DNA from: Trypanosoma brucei
Lineage: Eukaryota
Length of the DNA stretch: 64,000 bases
Direction: 5' to 3'
NCBI GenBank assembly: GCA_000002445.1
Contig: CH464491.1
Span: forward strand, 256,001-320,000
The position numbers were made by a program, and so were the translations under genes. A model generated the notes under the pieces. It made no database searches and was not told the DNA's origin. It was given only the letters and a program-made list of their open reading frames with translations. This document shows positions 44,101-50,400 of the stretch, in pieces. The first letter of the stretch is position 1; each line of letters starts with the position of its first letter.

Positions 44101-44914
44101 ACAGCAGCATCATGTTTCTGAAATTATTACGTGGCTCCTTACTAGTACGACGCACCGCTTTTTGCAAAAAGGTATTTTAATGGATACACGCGAGATTTGC
44201 TCAAGGATGGAAATACCTCCGAATACCACGTGCTATCTCGTCCCATATACGTTGAAGCGAGGTAGCTACGGCAAGTTCAATGTGTCGCTGTATCCTGCAT
44301 CTTCTGACATTACTTTGGTCCCTTTGGCTGCTTTGTGTAATTCGCACGTGGTAATTAACGTTGATGTTTTGCTGAAACCGGGGAGCCGGGAGGGGAGAAG
44401 AGTCGACTTTTCGGTGCACGAAGCTTGTGATGTACACTTGCTGCTGCATCAGAATAAAATTACTGACCCTGCTAGTGTCAAAAGGGGTAACCTCCTTGCG
44501 GAGGACGAGGTTTCTATGTCTGTTAATGACGAGCGGATGTCAGTCCTGGCGACCACTCGTGACACCTCCAATGCGCGTGAGCAGTCCTTGGCTTTGGAGC
44601 TTCCAACCGCTGGTCGGTATTCCGTTTTTATTGAGTGCCGAAGCCGACTCAGAACTGGTGAATGTCCTTGTACTTTGTCTATATATTCGCCGAGCCGCGC
44701 CAAAACCAGGTTGGCTCCCCTTCCGCCTAGTGGGACGCAATCGGTACTTCCAGCAATTGCACCTCGTCAGCCTCCCCGGCAGCCCGCACTTTATGGGAGA
44801 AGGTTGGATCAGCCTCCTCTCAGTGCAGGCACGGTGAGGGCCGCCGCTGCTACGCTTCCTGTAGGCTTAGTTCCAGCACCTCCAAAGTCCGGCACGACAC
44901 CGCAGCGTAGATGA
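23180..44914 (+). CDS. ClpGM6: Giant calpain-like cytoskeletal repeat protein (ClpGM6 / GM6-antigen type), 7244 codons as assembled. N-terminal tandem calpain-like domains, central array of 68-aa repeats, C-terminal calpain-like domain and Pro-rich tail
   Basis: Two N-terminal calpain domain-II-like regions (QGSHYECFMLSALATL and QGEHFECCCLTAFAAL, compare calpain QGxLGDCWLLAA) plus domain-III-like regions. About 69 near-identical 68-aa units (EGVPLSELELDKDEKFSTMEEERRKLIAEDREGNAARIAELEAAMNEHSHELAKLKASDSRSFLDPMP). C-terminal calpain-like domain (WPRIGELYPEGIRNS...PLLLEKAYAKF). A 68-aa repeat combined with calpain-like ends matches my recollection of the T. brucei flagellum-attachment-zone GM6 antigen/ClpGM6. 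The ORF is read across a 100-N gap, so its true length is unknown. Confidence 0.85.
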   Translation: MRVTINMACQEVNSEVPDSDVVFHDTIFMRNNKHVSEQWIRIGELYPNGAKESLLPETFAREQFGQGSHYECFMLSALATLVKFPDIIRNCFVSRNVRRDGRYTFQFFRDKEWVKVEIDDSVMLEDDEVLFIRSPTSHWWPLLFEKAYAKFYTSYDNLEGCTLQEAYHDLTGNPVLNIPMDARLAKAAGVDVTGGQYWLDLAQKLQSGQFVGSLLTRETDLESMGLQSEQQYGILEIFSLTGTSSVSDIVIHLYNPFEDEEFTYKGPLNSKDTEWTPKLREKYNVDDTHSIFLPLHVALKIVNSVQLCYISPIDGDATYFDDEWKGETAGGNPTSVTWRKNPLYCVRNAGINPVELVVVIKQKDQRHLWTSEDDELMYKRCGIVVVQSTTVTQIPTYFVTGNNHKAIHKSLFLNSREVSSFVRIPPNSLCYLVPSCMKKGAESAFTLALYRMKHQNYTEFNVSRLALPKLLWHNPIQEKLQLQMFTKDRRDFYVDIPTDIHILMHQEKPFVSEKTGGDAMVQDYVGVYLYDDTDRKIGGVHAATNFRETSVLHRLPRSGRYAISITCPRASGEVPIALTIVGSPDANVRIVEAPDDASMFDDEDDIAEGDEDATVSNPIDYIPVAGGGQVFTEVPDSTVPFEDKRFMVDNKIMTNEPWIHIGDLYPEGKTRSLLPERLSREQFEQGEHFECCCLTAFAALVEHHPNVIRDAFVTKAVRRDGRYTFRFHRYGQWVKVEIDDRIPLLGGKTLFCRSSDGYWWPLLLEKAYAKFYTLYQNIEGCTLRELFYDLTGLPVLSIPMELKLAKAVLCDVDDVSFWVELSEGLKDCACAAVARPGFDDTLGLSNGQEYAVLDVVSLTDGEASSISDLVVKLHNPFLETEYKGPMNASDAAWSSELRTRLCPERRDTIYIPVEVFCNAFLTVEKVMVRGLIVPGWQFNSEWGEGTNGGNPTLVTWRENPIYVVQNTADTPLQIIAMIGQPDQRRVLHLLPEQEVNYVQCGLSLAKSIKGESIPTYLLTPNSHVLIHKGRFFSYREVADVIVVPGNSLTFLVPSAMFRDKTKFLLSYWYSSANDRNSVTIERLNLGVARHLPAIAHLTVKERVREQVDFIVDVPTDVHILLRQEKPCHGDSVSNALTDDFLAMYLYNSEDDQLSGVVTATNYREMGIVHHLSEGGRYVIYVVCPRAEGEVPLRIEIVAMQSAQVRTVEALPLCKSILQVEKELKLSTGSLPYSPLLISEGDLKNFSGRLSDNSMRLESSSDPDLSFLGAEVEGIPTLDLTLMSDSSFSEMARERMQLKRDPIANASRLAEVEDSMVARANAIAKEMHLRERRYLNPEPEGVPLELLPLNEDEVVSEKEDRLRALNRKEQKDEKLLRSLEDVIADRVHEIARELKVSERDLFLDPTPGGFPVAQLPLDEDDVFHSLEVERLQLRLRQDSLASKERIAELENMMNCRTTELIDKMKEEIRKFLDPTPLGIPLEELKLDEHDNYVAKEISLIGMIRKGKKESQEAISIREQLLQIEYAVAKEHLNNFRIQYLGDDIEGRQPNELNLEEEETYMQMERKLIEYYNSNQRNSEEAQKIRVNLLHKATKASKHLNRSERKNYIKRDRLEISISNIPLDDNEQFTTLEAERIRKKRNKKNSEVEQIEMELNNIAQQLAKLKASDSRSFLDPMPEGVPLSELELDKDEKFSTMEEERRKLIAEDREDNATRIAELEAAMNEYSHELAKLKASDSRSFLDPMPEGVPLSELELDKDEKFSTMEEERRKLIAEDREGNAARIAELEAAMNEHSHELAKLKASDSRSFLDPMPEGVPLSELELDKDEKFSTMEEERRKLIAEDREDNATRIAELEAAMNEYSHELAKLKASDSRSFLDPMPEGVPLSELELDKDEKFSTMEEERRKLIAEDREGNAARIAELEAAMNEHSHELAKLKASDSRSFLDPMPEGVPLSELGLDKDEKFSTMEEERRKLIAEDREGNATRIAELEAAMNEHSHKLAKLKASDSRSFLDPMPEGVPLSELELDKDEKFSTMEEERRKLIAEDREGNAARIAELEAAMNEHSHELAKLKASDSRSFLDPMPEGVPLSELELDKDEKFSTMEEERRKLIAEDREGNAARIAELEAAMNEHSHELAKLKASDSRSFLDPMPEGVPLSELELDKDEKFSTMEEERRKLIAEDREGNAARIAELEAAMNEHSHELAKLKASDSRSFLDPMPEGVPLSELELDKDEKFSTMEEERRKLIAEDREGNAARVAELEAAMNEHSHELAKLKASDSRSFLDPMPEGVPLSELGLDKDEKFSTMEEERRKLIAEDREGNAARIAELEAAMNEHSHELAKLKASDSRSFLDPMPEGVPLSELELDKDEKFSTMEEERRKLIAEDREGNAARIARLEERMNELSRELARMKLKDRSFLDPMPEGVPLSELELDKDEKFSTMEEERRKLIAEDREGNATRIAELEAAMNEHSHELAKLKASDSRSFLDPMPEGVPLSELELDKDEKFSTMEEERRKLIAEDREGNATRIAELEAAMSEHSHELAKLKASDSRSFLDPMPEGVPLSELELDKDEKFSTMEEERRKLIAEDREGNAARIAELEAAMNEHSHELAKLKASDSRSFLDPMPEGVPLSELELDKDEKFSTMEEERRKLIAEDREGNAARIAELEAAMNEHSHELAKLKASDSRSFLDPMPEGVPLSELELDKDEKFSTMEEERRKLIAEDREGNAARIAELEAAMNEHSHELAKLKASDSRSFLDPMPEGVPLSELELDKDEKFSTMEEERRKLIAEDREGNAARIAELEAAMNEHSHELAKLKASDSRSFLDPMPEGVPLSELGLDKDEKFSTMEEERRKLIAEDREGNAARIAELEAAMNEHSHELAKLKASDSRSFLDPMPEGVPLSELELDKDEKFSTMEEERRKLIAEDREGNAARIAELEAAMNEHSHELAKLKASDSRSFLDPMPEGVPLSELELDKDEKFSTMEEERRKLIAEDREGNAARIAELEAAMNEHSHELAKLKASDSRSFLDPMPEGVPLSELELDKDEKFSTMEEERRKLIAEDREGNAARIAELEAAMNEHSHELAKLKASDSRSFLDPMPEGVPLSELELDKDEKFSTMEEERRKLIAEDREGNAARVAELEAAMNEHSHELAKLKASDSRSFLDPMPEGVPLSELGLDKDEKFSTMEEERRKLIAEDREGNAARIAELEAAMNEYSHELAKLKASDSRSFLDPMPEGVPLSELGLDKDEKFSTMEEERRKLIAEDREGNAARIAELEAAMNEHSHELAKLKASDSRSFLDPMPEGVPLSELELDKDEKFSTMEEERRKLIAEDREGNAARIAELEVAMNEHSHELAKLKASDSRSFLDPMPEGVPLSELELDKDEKFSTMEEERRKLIAEDREGNAARIAELEAAMNEHSHELAKLKASDSRSFLDPMPEGVPLSELELDKDEKFSTMEEERRKLIAEDREGNAARIAELEAAMNEHSHELAKLKASDSRSFLDPMPEGVPLSELGLDKDEKFSTMEEERRKLIAEDREGNAARIAELEAAMNEYSHELAKLKASDSRSFLDPMPEGVPLNELELDKDEKFSTMEEERRKLIAEDREGNAARIAELEAAMNEYSHELAKLKASDSRSFLDPMPEGVPLNELELDKDEKFSTMEEERRKLIAEDREGNAARIAELEAAMNEHSHELAKLKASDSRSFLDPMPEGVPLSELELDKDEKFSTMEEERRKLIAEDREGNAARIAELEAAMNEHSHELAKLKASDSRSFLDPMPEGVPLSELELDKDEKFSTMEEERRKLIAEDREGNAARIAELEAAMNEHSHELAKLKASDSRSFLDPMPEGVPLSELGLDKDEKFSTMEEERRKLIAEDREGNAARIAELEAAMNEHSHELAKLKASDSRSFLDPMPEGVPLSELGLDKDEKFSTMEEERRKLIAEDREGNAARIAELEAAMNEHSHELAKLKASDSRSFLDPMPEGVPLSELELDKDEKFSTMEEERRKLIAEDREGNAARIAELEAAMNEHSHELAKLKASDSRSFLDPMPEGVPLSELELDKDEKFSTMEEERRKLIAEDREGNAARIAELEAAMNEYSHELAKLKASDSRSFLDPMPEGVPLSELELDKDEKFSTMEEERRKLIAEDREGNAARIAELEAAMNEHSHELAKLKASDSRSFLDPMPEGVPLSELELDKDEKFSTMEEERRKLIAEDREGNAARIAELEAAMNEHSHELAKLKASDSRSFLDPMPEGVPLSELELDKDEKFSTMEEERRKLIAEDREGNAARIAELEAAMNEYSHELAKLKASDSRSFLDPMPEGVPLSELELDKDEKFSTMEEERRKLIAEDREGNAARIAELEAAMNEHSHELAKLKASDSRSFLDPMPEGVPLSELELDKDEKFSTMEEERRKLIAEDREGNAARIAELEAAMNEHSHELAKLKASDSRSFLDPMPEGVPLSELELDKDEKFSTMEEERRKLIAEDREGNAARIAELEAAMNEHSHELAKLKASDSRSFLDPMPEGVPLSELGLDKDEKFSTMEEERRKLIAEDREGNAARIAELEAAMNEYSHELAKLKASDSRSFLDPMPEGVPLSELELDKDEKFSTMEEERRKLIAEDREGNAARIAELEAAMNEHSHELAKLKASDSRSFLDPMPEGVPLSELGLDKDEKFSTMEEERRKLIAEDREGNAARIAELEAAMNEHSHELAKLKASDSRSFLDPMPEGVPLSELGLDKDEKFSTMEEERRKLIAEDREGNAARIAELEAAMNEHSHELAKLKASYSRSFLDPMPEGVPLSELELDKDEKFSTMEEERRKLIAEDREGNATRIAELEAAMNEHSHELAKLKASDSRSFLDPMPEGVPLSELELDKDEKFSTMEEERRKLIAEDREGNAARIAELEAAMNEHSHELAKLKASDSRSFLDPMPEGVPLSELELDKDEKFSTMEEERRKLIAEDREGNAARIAELEAAMNEHSHELAKLKASDSRSFLDPMPEGVPLSELGLDKDEKFSTMEEERRKLIAEDREGNATRIAELEAAMNEHSHELAKLKASYSRSFLDPMPEGVPLSELELDKDEKFSTMEEERRKLIAEDREGNATRIAELEVAMNEHSHELAKLKASDSRSFLDPMPEGVPLSELELDKDEKFSTMEEERRKLIADDREGNAARIARLEERMNELSRELARMKLKDRSFLDPMPEGVPLSELELDKDEKFSTMEEERRKLIAEDREGNATRIAELEAAMNEHSHELAKLKASDSRSFLDPMPEGVPLSELELDKDEKFSTMEEERRKLIADDREGNAARIARLEERMNELSRELARMKLKDRSFLDPMPEGVPLSELELDKDEKFSTMEEERRKLIAEDREGNATRIAELEVAMNEHSHELAKLKASDSRSFLDPMPEGVPLSELELDKDEKFSTMEEERRKLIAEDREGNATRIAELEVAMNEHSHELAKLKASDSRSFLDPMPEGVPLSELELDKDEKFSTMEEERRKLIAEDREGNATRIAELEAAMNEHSHELAKLKASDSRSFLDPMPEGVPLSELELDKDEKFSTMEEERRKLIAEDREGNATRIAELEAAMNEHSHELAKLKASDSRSFLDPMPEGVPLSELGLDKDEKFSTMEEERRKLIAEDREGNATRIAELEAAMNEHSHELAKLKASDSRSFLDPMPEGVPLSELELDKDEKFSTMEEERRKLIAEDREGNAARIAELEAAMNEHSHELAKLKASDSRSFLDPMPEGVPLSELELDKDEKFSTMEEERRKLIAEDREGNAARIAELEAAMKENXXXXXXXXXXXXXXXXXXXXXXXXXXXXXXXXXXKLIAEDREGNAARIAELEAAMNEHSHELAKLKASDSRSFLDPMPEGVPLSELELDKDEKFSTMEEERRKLIAEDREGNATRIAELEAAMNEHSHELAKLKASDSRSFLDPMPEGVPLSELELDKDEKFSTMEEERRKLIAEDREGNAARIAELEVAMNEHSHELAKLKASDSRSFLDPMPEGVPLSELELDKDEKFSTMEEERRKLIAEDREGNATRIAELEVAMNEHSHELAKLKASDSRSFLDPMPEGVPLSELGLDKDEKFSTMEEERRKLIAEDREGNATRIAELEVAMNEYSHELAKLKASDSRSFLDPMPEGVPLSELELDKDEKFSTMEEERRKLIAEDREGNATRICRLERKMGRRVDKLAKLKASYSRSFLDPMPEGVPLNELELDKDEKFSTMEEERRKLIAEDREGNATRIAELEVAMNEHSHELAKLKASDSRSFLDPMPEGVPLSELELDKDEKFSTMEEERRKLIAEDREGNATRIAELEECMSARVRNLAICKSTLGGVIVDERIGLVPLYLLPLGEDSVLSSLTSKLESMRCGGCLPDSVAVRDIQEQIICRVEKLAEVYLEHELDFLETVDGISVSQIALSDDKVFCEMQRSLRQLRKSPVRNAEAIRDIEYAMNNIVRELSSKLLLEDCSYLNQCPHGVPLADLPLDNRLFREIELKRRRLKEDDPLKNATRIRELEMKLNDHAERLAALMLSEERAFLEPCSHGLPLSRLQLGEDSSFLAMERERRKLLREGGKDKNRIRYLEECMREHVSNVALSLISWQDVQFHEANHSVAEMWPRIGELYPEGIRNSVFPEITQPGDTSSAPGELGYLAPFIAALSQHPPLIHRLLETKTHPVNGPYSFIFFDPNSNPVRVDIDDRVPVDAKCEPKFTRVPHRSWYPLLLEKAYAKFVGGYAKLDQCTPHETLHDLTGRPVTHIPFDEKRADGIKIGDFRSVKFWKGIKRDLAAGDVIMAMTNGSVPDGLHSQCSYALLSVIETVHESNDVSDIVIKLHNCYYDSPTYDGPLCNDDDNWTDGLKRLCHYNPEEDALYIPVPVFLRNFSSMQRCHINCGDRLTAPGEWTGVSCGGNPKFTTFRNNPIYLVENKTSRPVTILAELRHQAPVFFDADGVNHYHQSGLALLQQHHVSEIITWLLTSTTHRFLQKGILMDTREICSRMEIPPNTTCYLVPYTLKRGSYGKFNVSLYPASSDITLVPLAALCNSHVVINVDVLLKPGSREGRRVDFSVHEACDVHLLLHQNKITDPASVKRGNLLAEDEVSMSVNDERMSVLATTRDTSNAREQSLALELPTAGRYSVFIECRSRLRTGECPCTLSIYSPSRAKTRLAPLPPSGTQSVLPAIAPRQPPRQPALYGRRLDQPPLSAGTVRAAAATLPVGLVPAPPKSGTTPQRR
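23249..26185 (+). repeat. Segmental duplication block A1, nearly 100% identical to 47511-50441. Mosaic, with two divergent islands at about 24285-24335 and 24540-24740.
   Basis: Direct comparison of the two regions. Duplicated antisense ORFs in the 6-frame track sit at constant offsets of 24262, 24259 and 24256 (for example 23687-23872 = 47949-48134; 24869-25159 = 49125-49415; 25839-26042 = 50095-50298). The offset shifts by 3 bp at each divergent island, consistent with in-frame codon indels. Confidence 0.9.
26959..27498 (+). repeat. Segmental duplication block A2, about 540 bp with only a few SNPs against 51482-52021
   Basis: Offset 24523. Shared antisense ORF segments (26716-27393 versus 51326-51916). 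Mismatches seen include gcagaaggacg versus gcgaaaagacg and gaaggtgagtg versus gaagctgagtg. Confidence 0.9.
28141..42165 (+). repeat. Coding tandem array of 204-bp (68-aa) units, about 69 copies, about 98-100% identical at nucleotide level. A few 201-bp variant units.
   Basis: The string gctaaactgaaagcatccgatagccgcagcttccttgatcc recurs at exactly 204-bp spacing (for example 28160 and 28364). Variants are limited to a few codons (EDNATR/EGNAAR, NEYSH/NEHSH, ELELD/ELGLD, S/N). A 201-bp variant unit (...IARLEERMNELSRELARMKLKDRSFLDP...) occurs at about 30362, 38723 and 39128. Confidence 0.95.
40584..40683. other. Assembly gap (100 N) inside the 204-bp repeat array
   Basis: A run of exactly 100 n characters. 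The bases just before it (aatgaaggagaatt) depart from the repeat consensus (aatgaacgagcatt), as expected for a low-quality contig end. Confidence 0.98.
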
Positions 44915-45399
44915 AGAAATGATGTTATTGTGGAGGAAATGAAAATGATGGCCCGTAAATTTCCACCGAAGGGTGACACATTATTTATTTATTAACGTGA
45001 TTTTGATACTGTATATACCCTATGGAGGGGTTATTGGGTGTCGAAAGTGACGGTAAAAGTCAGAAGGGTGGAACGCCTTCGTAGGTCATGAGCGGTTTTT
45101 GCGTTTGCAGTGTCGTTCTTTATTGCATTATTCTTACACGTGTGTATGCTTTTCGTGTGGGCAACAATTTCGGTATTGTTAATGGTGGACAATTGGTGCT
45201 GGTGGGCGTTAGGTAGGGCAGCTCAGGGCGTATATTATTAAATAAGTGTCTCACAAACAACGGACCATATACCGTGTGGAAGCGGGGGCGGGAAGTGAAC
45301 AAAAATTAGGGAGGAGGAAGTGGAGTAAAGGTGCAGGTGGTCAGAGAGTTTTGTGAAGTATGCCACGTGTCTTAAGTCTCTGGGATGCACTTTTATGGT

Positions 45400-46030
45400 G
45401 CTTTAGGGATTGACGCCTTTTTTTTTGGCGACTGTCTTGCGCCGTACTCCGTTTACTTGTTCACAAAGTGTGGTCTAACTCTTCGCCATTGTTTCTTATC
45501 TTATTTATGCGTAGATGAGTTAACTGTTCCGTTAGTTTTTTCTGACCTCTCGTGTTTGCTACAGTTTTGACGAGTGGTTGATTGTTTTTTTTTAATTTTA
45601 TCTTTCCATTTTTTTCCCTTTTGGAAACTGTTTTCGTGTTCCTTGTTTTCTGTTCATGTGATGCCATGTTTTTTTTTCTATTCGTCGCATAGGGGGTGTG
45701 CTGACGCATGGTATAAAAATATGCTCATCTGCGTGGTGTTACGTTTTCCCCTTTTTCACACGTCGCGTTGTTATTATCGTTTTGTGGTTTGTACCCTTTG
45801 TCGTGGGAGCATATTAAAGAATTGAAGAGGTTATGAAACAGCTTAAAAACATAATAACAAAGAGCGGTTCAAGTGCGGGTTGCATCAAAGAGGAAGGGGC
45901 AAGGGGAAGATCCCTTAACAAAAATACAAAGGAGGGAATACACACGAAATGACACATTATTTCCATGTAAGCGATGTTTCGATAAATTTTATTCTACAGA
46001 CTAATTTTTTCTTCTTTTTTTATTTCTCTC
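45400..46030 (+). promoter_or_regulatory. Pyrimidine-rich block in the 2.5-kb spacer between the two giant paralogs. Candidate processing signals for gene 2.
   Basis: Several T/C-rich runs (for example gacgcctttttttttggcgactgtcttgcg, ttttttttaattttatctttccatttttttcccttttgg, ttttttcttctttttttatttctctctctttgag). A purine/A-rich leader follows up to the ATG at 47463. Confidence 0.4.
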
Positions 46031-47462
46031 TCTTTGAGGGCTGTGCCTGTTTGCGTCACATCTCGTGGTGCATGGGGGAGCAGGCATTTGTTATTACTTG
46101 AAAGAGTGAAAGGAGGAGGGAAGAAAAATTTGGTCTGAAGATCAGTTGGGATGGATAGTGGTTATGTGTGAGGAAAGAAAAAGAATGAGTATTATCTTCC
46201 CTTGATTACCTTGTCCAAACACTTTAGTTTGTTAAAGCTGCTGTTTCGCATGTAAAAAAAAAGAAGTAAATGAAAGAATATTGAAGCGGTGTGTGTGTGT
46301 ATATGGCTGCCCTAAAATGGAGGAAGTGCTGGCGGGCCGAAGGTTTATGTATCGCTCTGTAGATAGTTGTGTGACGCTGAGTAGCGTTCCAAAAAAAATG
46401 ATATGATGGAGGAGGCAGCATGGGATTACTCCTGTGGAATGTTACGTTACACAAGGAGCGGTTAGAGGGGGATATACGCACACACATATGCATGCTTTCG
46501 TTCGGTAGCAGCTGCAGTAGGAAAAGTGAATAGAAGAGATAATGTCAAATAGATAAACAGCGAAATAAACGCTGGGAAAATTTTTTGTTGGGGAGTGGTA
46601 TAGAAGGTGGAGCGTGGAGTAATAAGTGGGGAGAAGAAGAAGGGGAGGGAGAGAAAAAGAAGGCGACCCCGCGCCTAGACTGTGAAGTAGCGAAGAAGAA
46701 AAAGAAAACTACGTTGGGCTTCTGACAGCTGACGCACATGGATAAAAGTGAAACATTCGTTGTTACAAAGACCTTATAACGTTGGCCAAAAGGGGGGAAG
46801 GAGCACTTAGAACTAGTAGGTCCCATACATTTCACATTTGTGCTGATCTCGGATCAGTACAGCAATGGGCCGCTCTTTTAACCATTTGGTTTTTTTTACT
46901 TTTCGCAACAGTGACGATCAATTCGAAAGAGCAACAAGTAAAACTGTTTTCCAACGTCCACTGGAGGTGATGTTTGTTGAGAGAAAGTACATTGAGATAA
47001 AGAGGTTTCCTAGTGCTATACTGTTCTCTTTTTCTTTCCTTTACCTGTGTAATTGCAACTTCCCTTGTAACAGACAAACGACGAAGAAATTGACAAAGAA
47101 AAACGACTTTGAACGCACAAAAAAAGTGTTTCATCATCAAAAACAAAACTCGAGGTAGAAACAGCATTTAAACCACAACAAAAAAACACAAATAGGGACA
47201 CAGAAGGCAATAAACCGCGATATTATAACGACATTGTAACGTAAAGTCTTTCATCCGAGGAAAAGCGAGGGTAAATCGTTCCTCATCAGGAGGCTCATTG
47301 TTGCAACAAGATTTGCGAAGAACTATCAGTCTACATATATTTATCAAAAAAGCAGTAAAAAAAACAAAATATAAAAAGAACAGAAACACTAGCGCCGTTA
47401 TCTACAGGAAAAGAGTGTTTTTTTTTCTTGCATAGTTACCGAAGAACAATACTGACAGAATT

Positions 47463-50400
47463 ATGAATTACCAAGCAATTACCGAAATTCCAGATAGCAA
47501 TACGATATTCCATGACACCATTTTTATGAGAAACAACAAACACGTCTCGGAGCAATGGATTCGTATTGGCGAATTGTACCCCAATGGTGCGAAGGAATCA
47601 TTGCTCCCGGAGACGTTTGCACGCGAACAGTTCGGACAAGGAAGTCACTATGAGTGCTTCATGCTTTCTGCCCTCGCCACTTTAGTAAAATTCCCCGACA
47701 TCATTCGGAACTGCTTCGTGTCGAGGAATGTGCGGCGTGACGGGAGGTACACTTTTCAGTTCTTTCGTGACAAGGAATGGGTGAAGGTTGAAATTGATGA
47801 CTCTGTTATGCTTGAGGATGATGAAGTTTTGTTCATCCGATCACCCACTAGTCATTGGTGGCCGCTACTGTTTGAGAAGGCTTATGCGAAATTCTACACC
47901 AGCTACGACAATTTGGAGGGTTGTACCTTACAGGAGGCGTACCATGACTTAACTGGCAACCCCGTGCTCAACATCCCCATGGACGCGAGGCTTGCCAAGG
48001 CTGCAGGTGTGGATGTGACTGGAGGTCAGTATTGGCTTGACCTCGCACAGAAGCTGCAATCCGGCCAGTTTGTTGGTTCGCTGCTGACGAGGGAAACGGA
48101 CCTTGAGTCGATGGGCTTGCAGAGTGAGCAACAATACGGGATACTAGAGATTTTTTCGCTAACTGGGACATCATCTGTAAGCGACATTGTGATTCACCTA
48201 TACAACCCATTCGAGGACGAGGAATTCACGTACAAAGGCCCGCTGAACAGTAAGGACACGGAGTGGACCCCCAAACTCCGTGAAAAGTATAACGTGGATG
48301 ATACGCACTCCATATTTCTTCCGCTACACGTTGCCCTGAAGATCGTAAATTCGGTGCAACTTTGCTACATATCCCCTATTGATGGTGACGCGACGTATTT
48401 TGATGATGAGTGGAAGGGTGAAACTGCGGGAGGGAACCCCACGAGTGTAACATGGCGCAAGAACCCCCTATACTGCGTCAGGAACGCTGGGATCAACCCC
48501 GTGGAACTGGTTGTCGTGATTAAGCAGAAGGATCAACGACGTTACATGTCTTCTGAGGAGCGAACCATGTACCTTCAATGTGGCATTGTTGTTGTTCAGA
48601 GTACCACAGTCACACAAATACCGACATATTTTGTAACAGGGAACAATCACAAAGCAATACACAAGAGTTTGTTCCTAAACTCTCGTGAAGTGTCCAGTTT
48701 CGTTCGGATACCACCTAATTCCTTGTGCTACCTTGTACCTTCTTGCATGAAGAAGGGAGCGGAGAGTGCATTTACGCTCGCACTGTACCGAGTGAAACTT
48801 CAAGACTACAGCAATATTCTGATTAAGAAACTTGAGGTCCCCTCTATGGATTGGGGACATTGTGCCATTGGAAAGGTTACGTTGGAAACAAAAGTGAAGG
48901 AACGGGTTGATTTTTTTGTTGACTGCCCTACTGACATTCACATTTTGATGCATCAAGAAAAACCGTTTGTGAACAAAGTTGGTGGTGATATTACAACTCG
49001 GGATTACGTTGGTGTCTACCTTTATGATGACACGGACCGTAAGATTGGAGGTGTGCACGCTGCGACGAATTTCAGGGAAACAAGTGTCTTGCATCGCCTT
49101 CCTCGTAGTGGTCGTTATGCTATTTCAATTACGTGTCCCCGGGCAAGTGGTGAAGTACCCATTGCTCTCACAATTGTTGGTTCTCCTGATGCTAATGTTC
49201 GTATTGTTGAGGCTCCTGATGATGCCTCCATGTTTGATGATGAGGATGATATTGCAGAGGGTGATGAGGATGCTACTGTTTCTAATCCCATTGACTACAT
49301 TCCTGTTGCTGGTGGAGGGCAGGTGTTCACTGAGGTACCCGATAGTACGGTCCCATTTGAAGATAAACGTTTCATGGTTGATAATAAGATTATGACGAAT
49401 GAACCGTGGATCCACATTGGTGACCTTTATCCTGAGGGAAAGACGCGCTCACTTTTGCCGGAGCGTCTGAGTCGTGAGCAGTTTGAGCAGGGTGAACACT
49501 TCGAGTGCTGTTGTCTGACCGCTTTTGCAGCGCTGGTGGAGCACCACCCCAACGTAATTCGTGACGCGTTTGTGACGAAGGCTGTACGACGTGACGGACG
49601 GTACACGTTCCGGTTCCACCGCTACGGTCAGTGGGTGAAGGTGGAGATTGATGATCGTATTCCCCTTCTTGGTGGGAAAACTTTATTCTGTCGATCATCT
49701 GATGGTTATTGGTGGCCACTACTACTAGAGAAGGCGTATGCTAAGTTCTACACACTATACCAAAATATTGAGGGATGTACGCTGCGGGAACTGTTTTACG
49801 ACCTAACAGGGCTTCCTGTGCTTAGCATTCCGATGGAGTTGAAACTCGCGAAGGCTGTACTGTGTGATGTTGATGATGTGAGTTTTTGGGTTGAGCTCAG
49901 TGAGGGTCTGAAGGATTGTGCGTGTGCTGCCGTTGCACGCCCCGGTTTCGATGACACCCTTGGTTTGTCCAATGGGCAAGAGTACGCTGTCCTTGATGTG
50001 GTATCGTTAACGGATGGTGAGGCCTCTTCCATATCTGATCTTGTTGTAAAACTTCATAATCCGTTTCTGGAGACTGAGTACAAAGGCCCTATGAATGCAA
50101 GCGATGCTGCGTGGTCGTCTGAGCTGCGTACCCGTCTATGTCCGGAGCGACGGGATACTATCTACATTCCCGTGGAAGTTTTCTGCAATGCATTTCTCAC
50201 TGTGGAGAAAGTTATGGTGCGTGGTCTTATTGTTCCCGGGTGGCAATTCAACAGTGAATGGGGTGAGGGCACGAACGGTGGCAATCCAACACTTGTGACG
50301 TGGCGTGAGAACCCCATTTACGTTGTGCAGAACACTGCGGATACCCCGTTACAGATTATTGCAATGATTGGGCAACCTGATCAGCGTCGCGTGCTACACC

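Noticed and set aside
47949-50298. Set of short ORFs on both strands that duplicate ORFs at 23687-26042 (for example 47949-48134, 49125-49415, 49390-49719, 50095-50298)
   Set aside because: They are not independent genes. They are out-of-frame or antisense ORFs inside the duplicated N-terminal calpain region of the two giant genes, and they serve only as markers of the segmental duplication.
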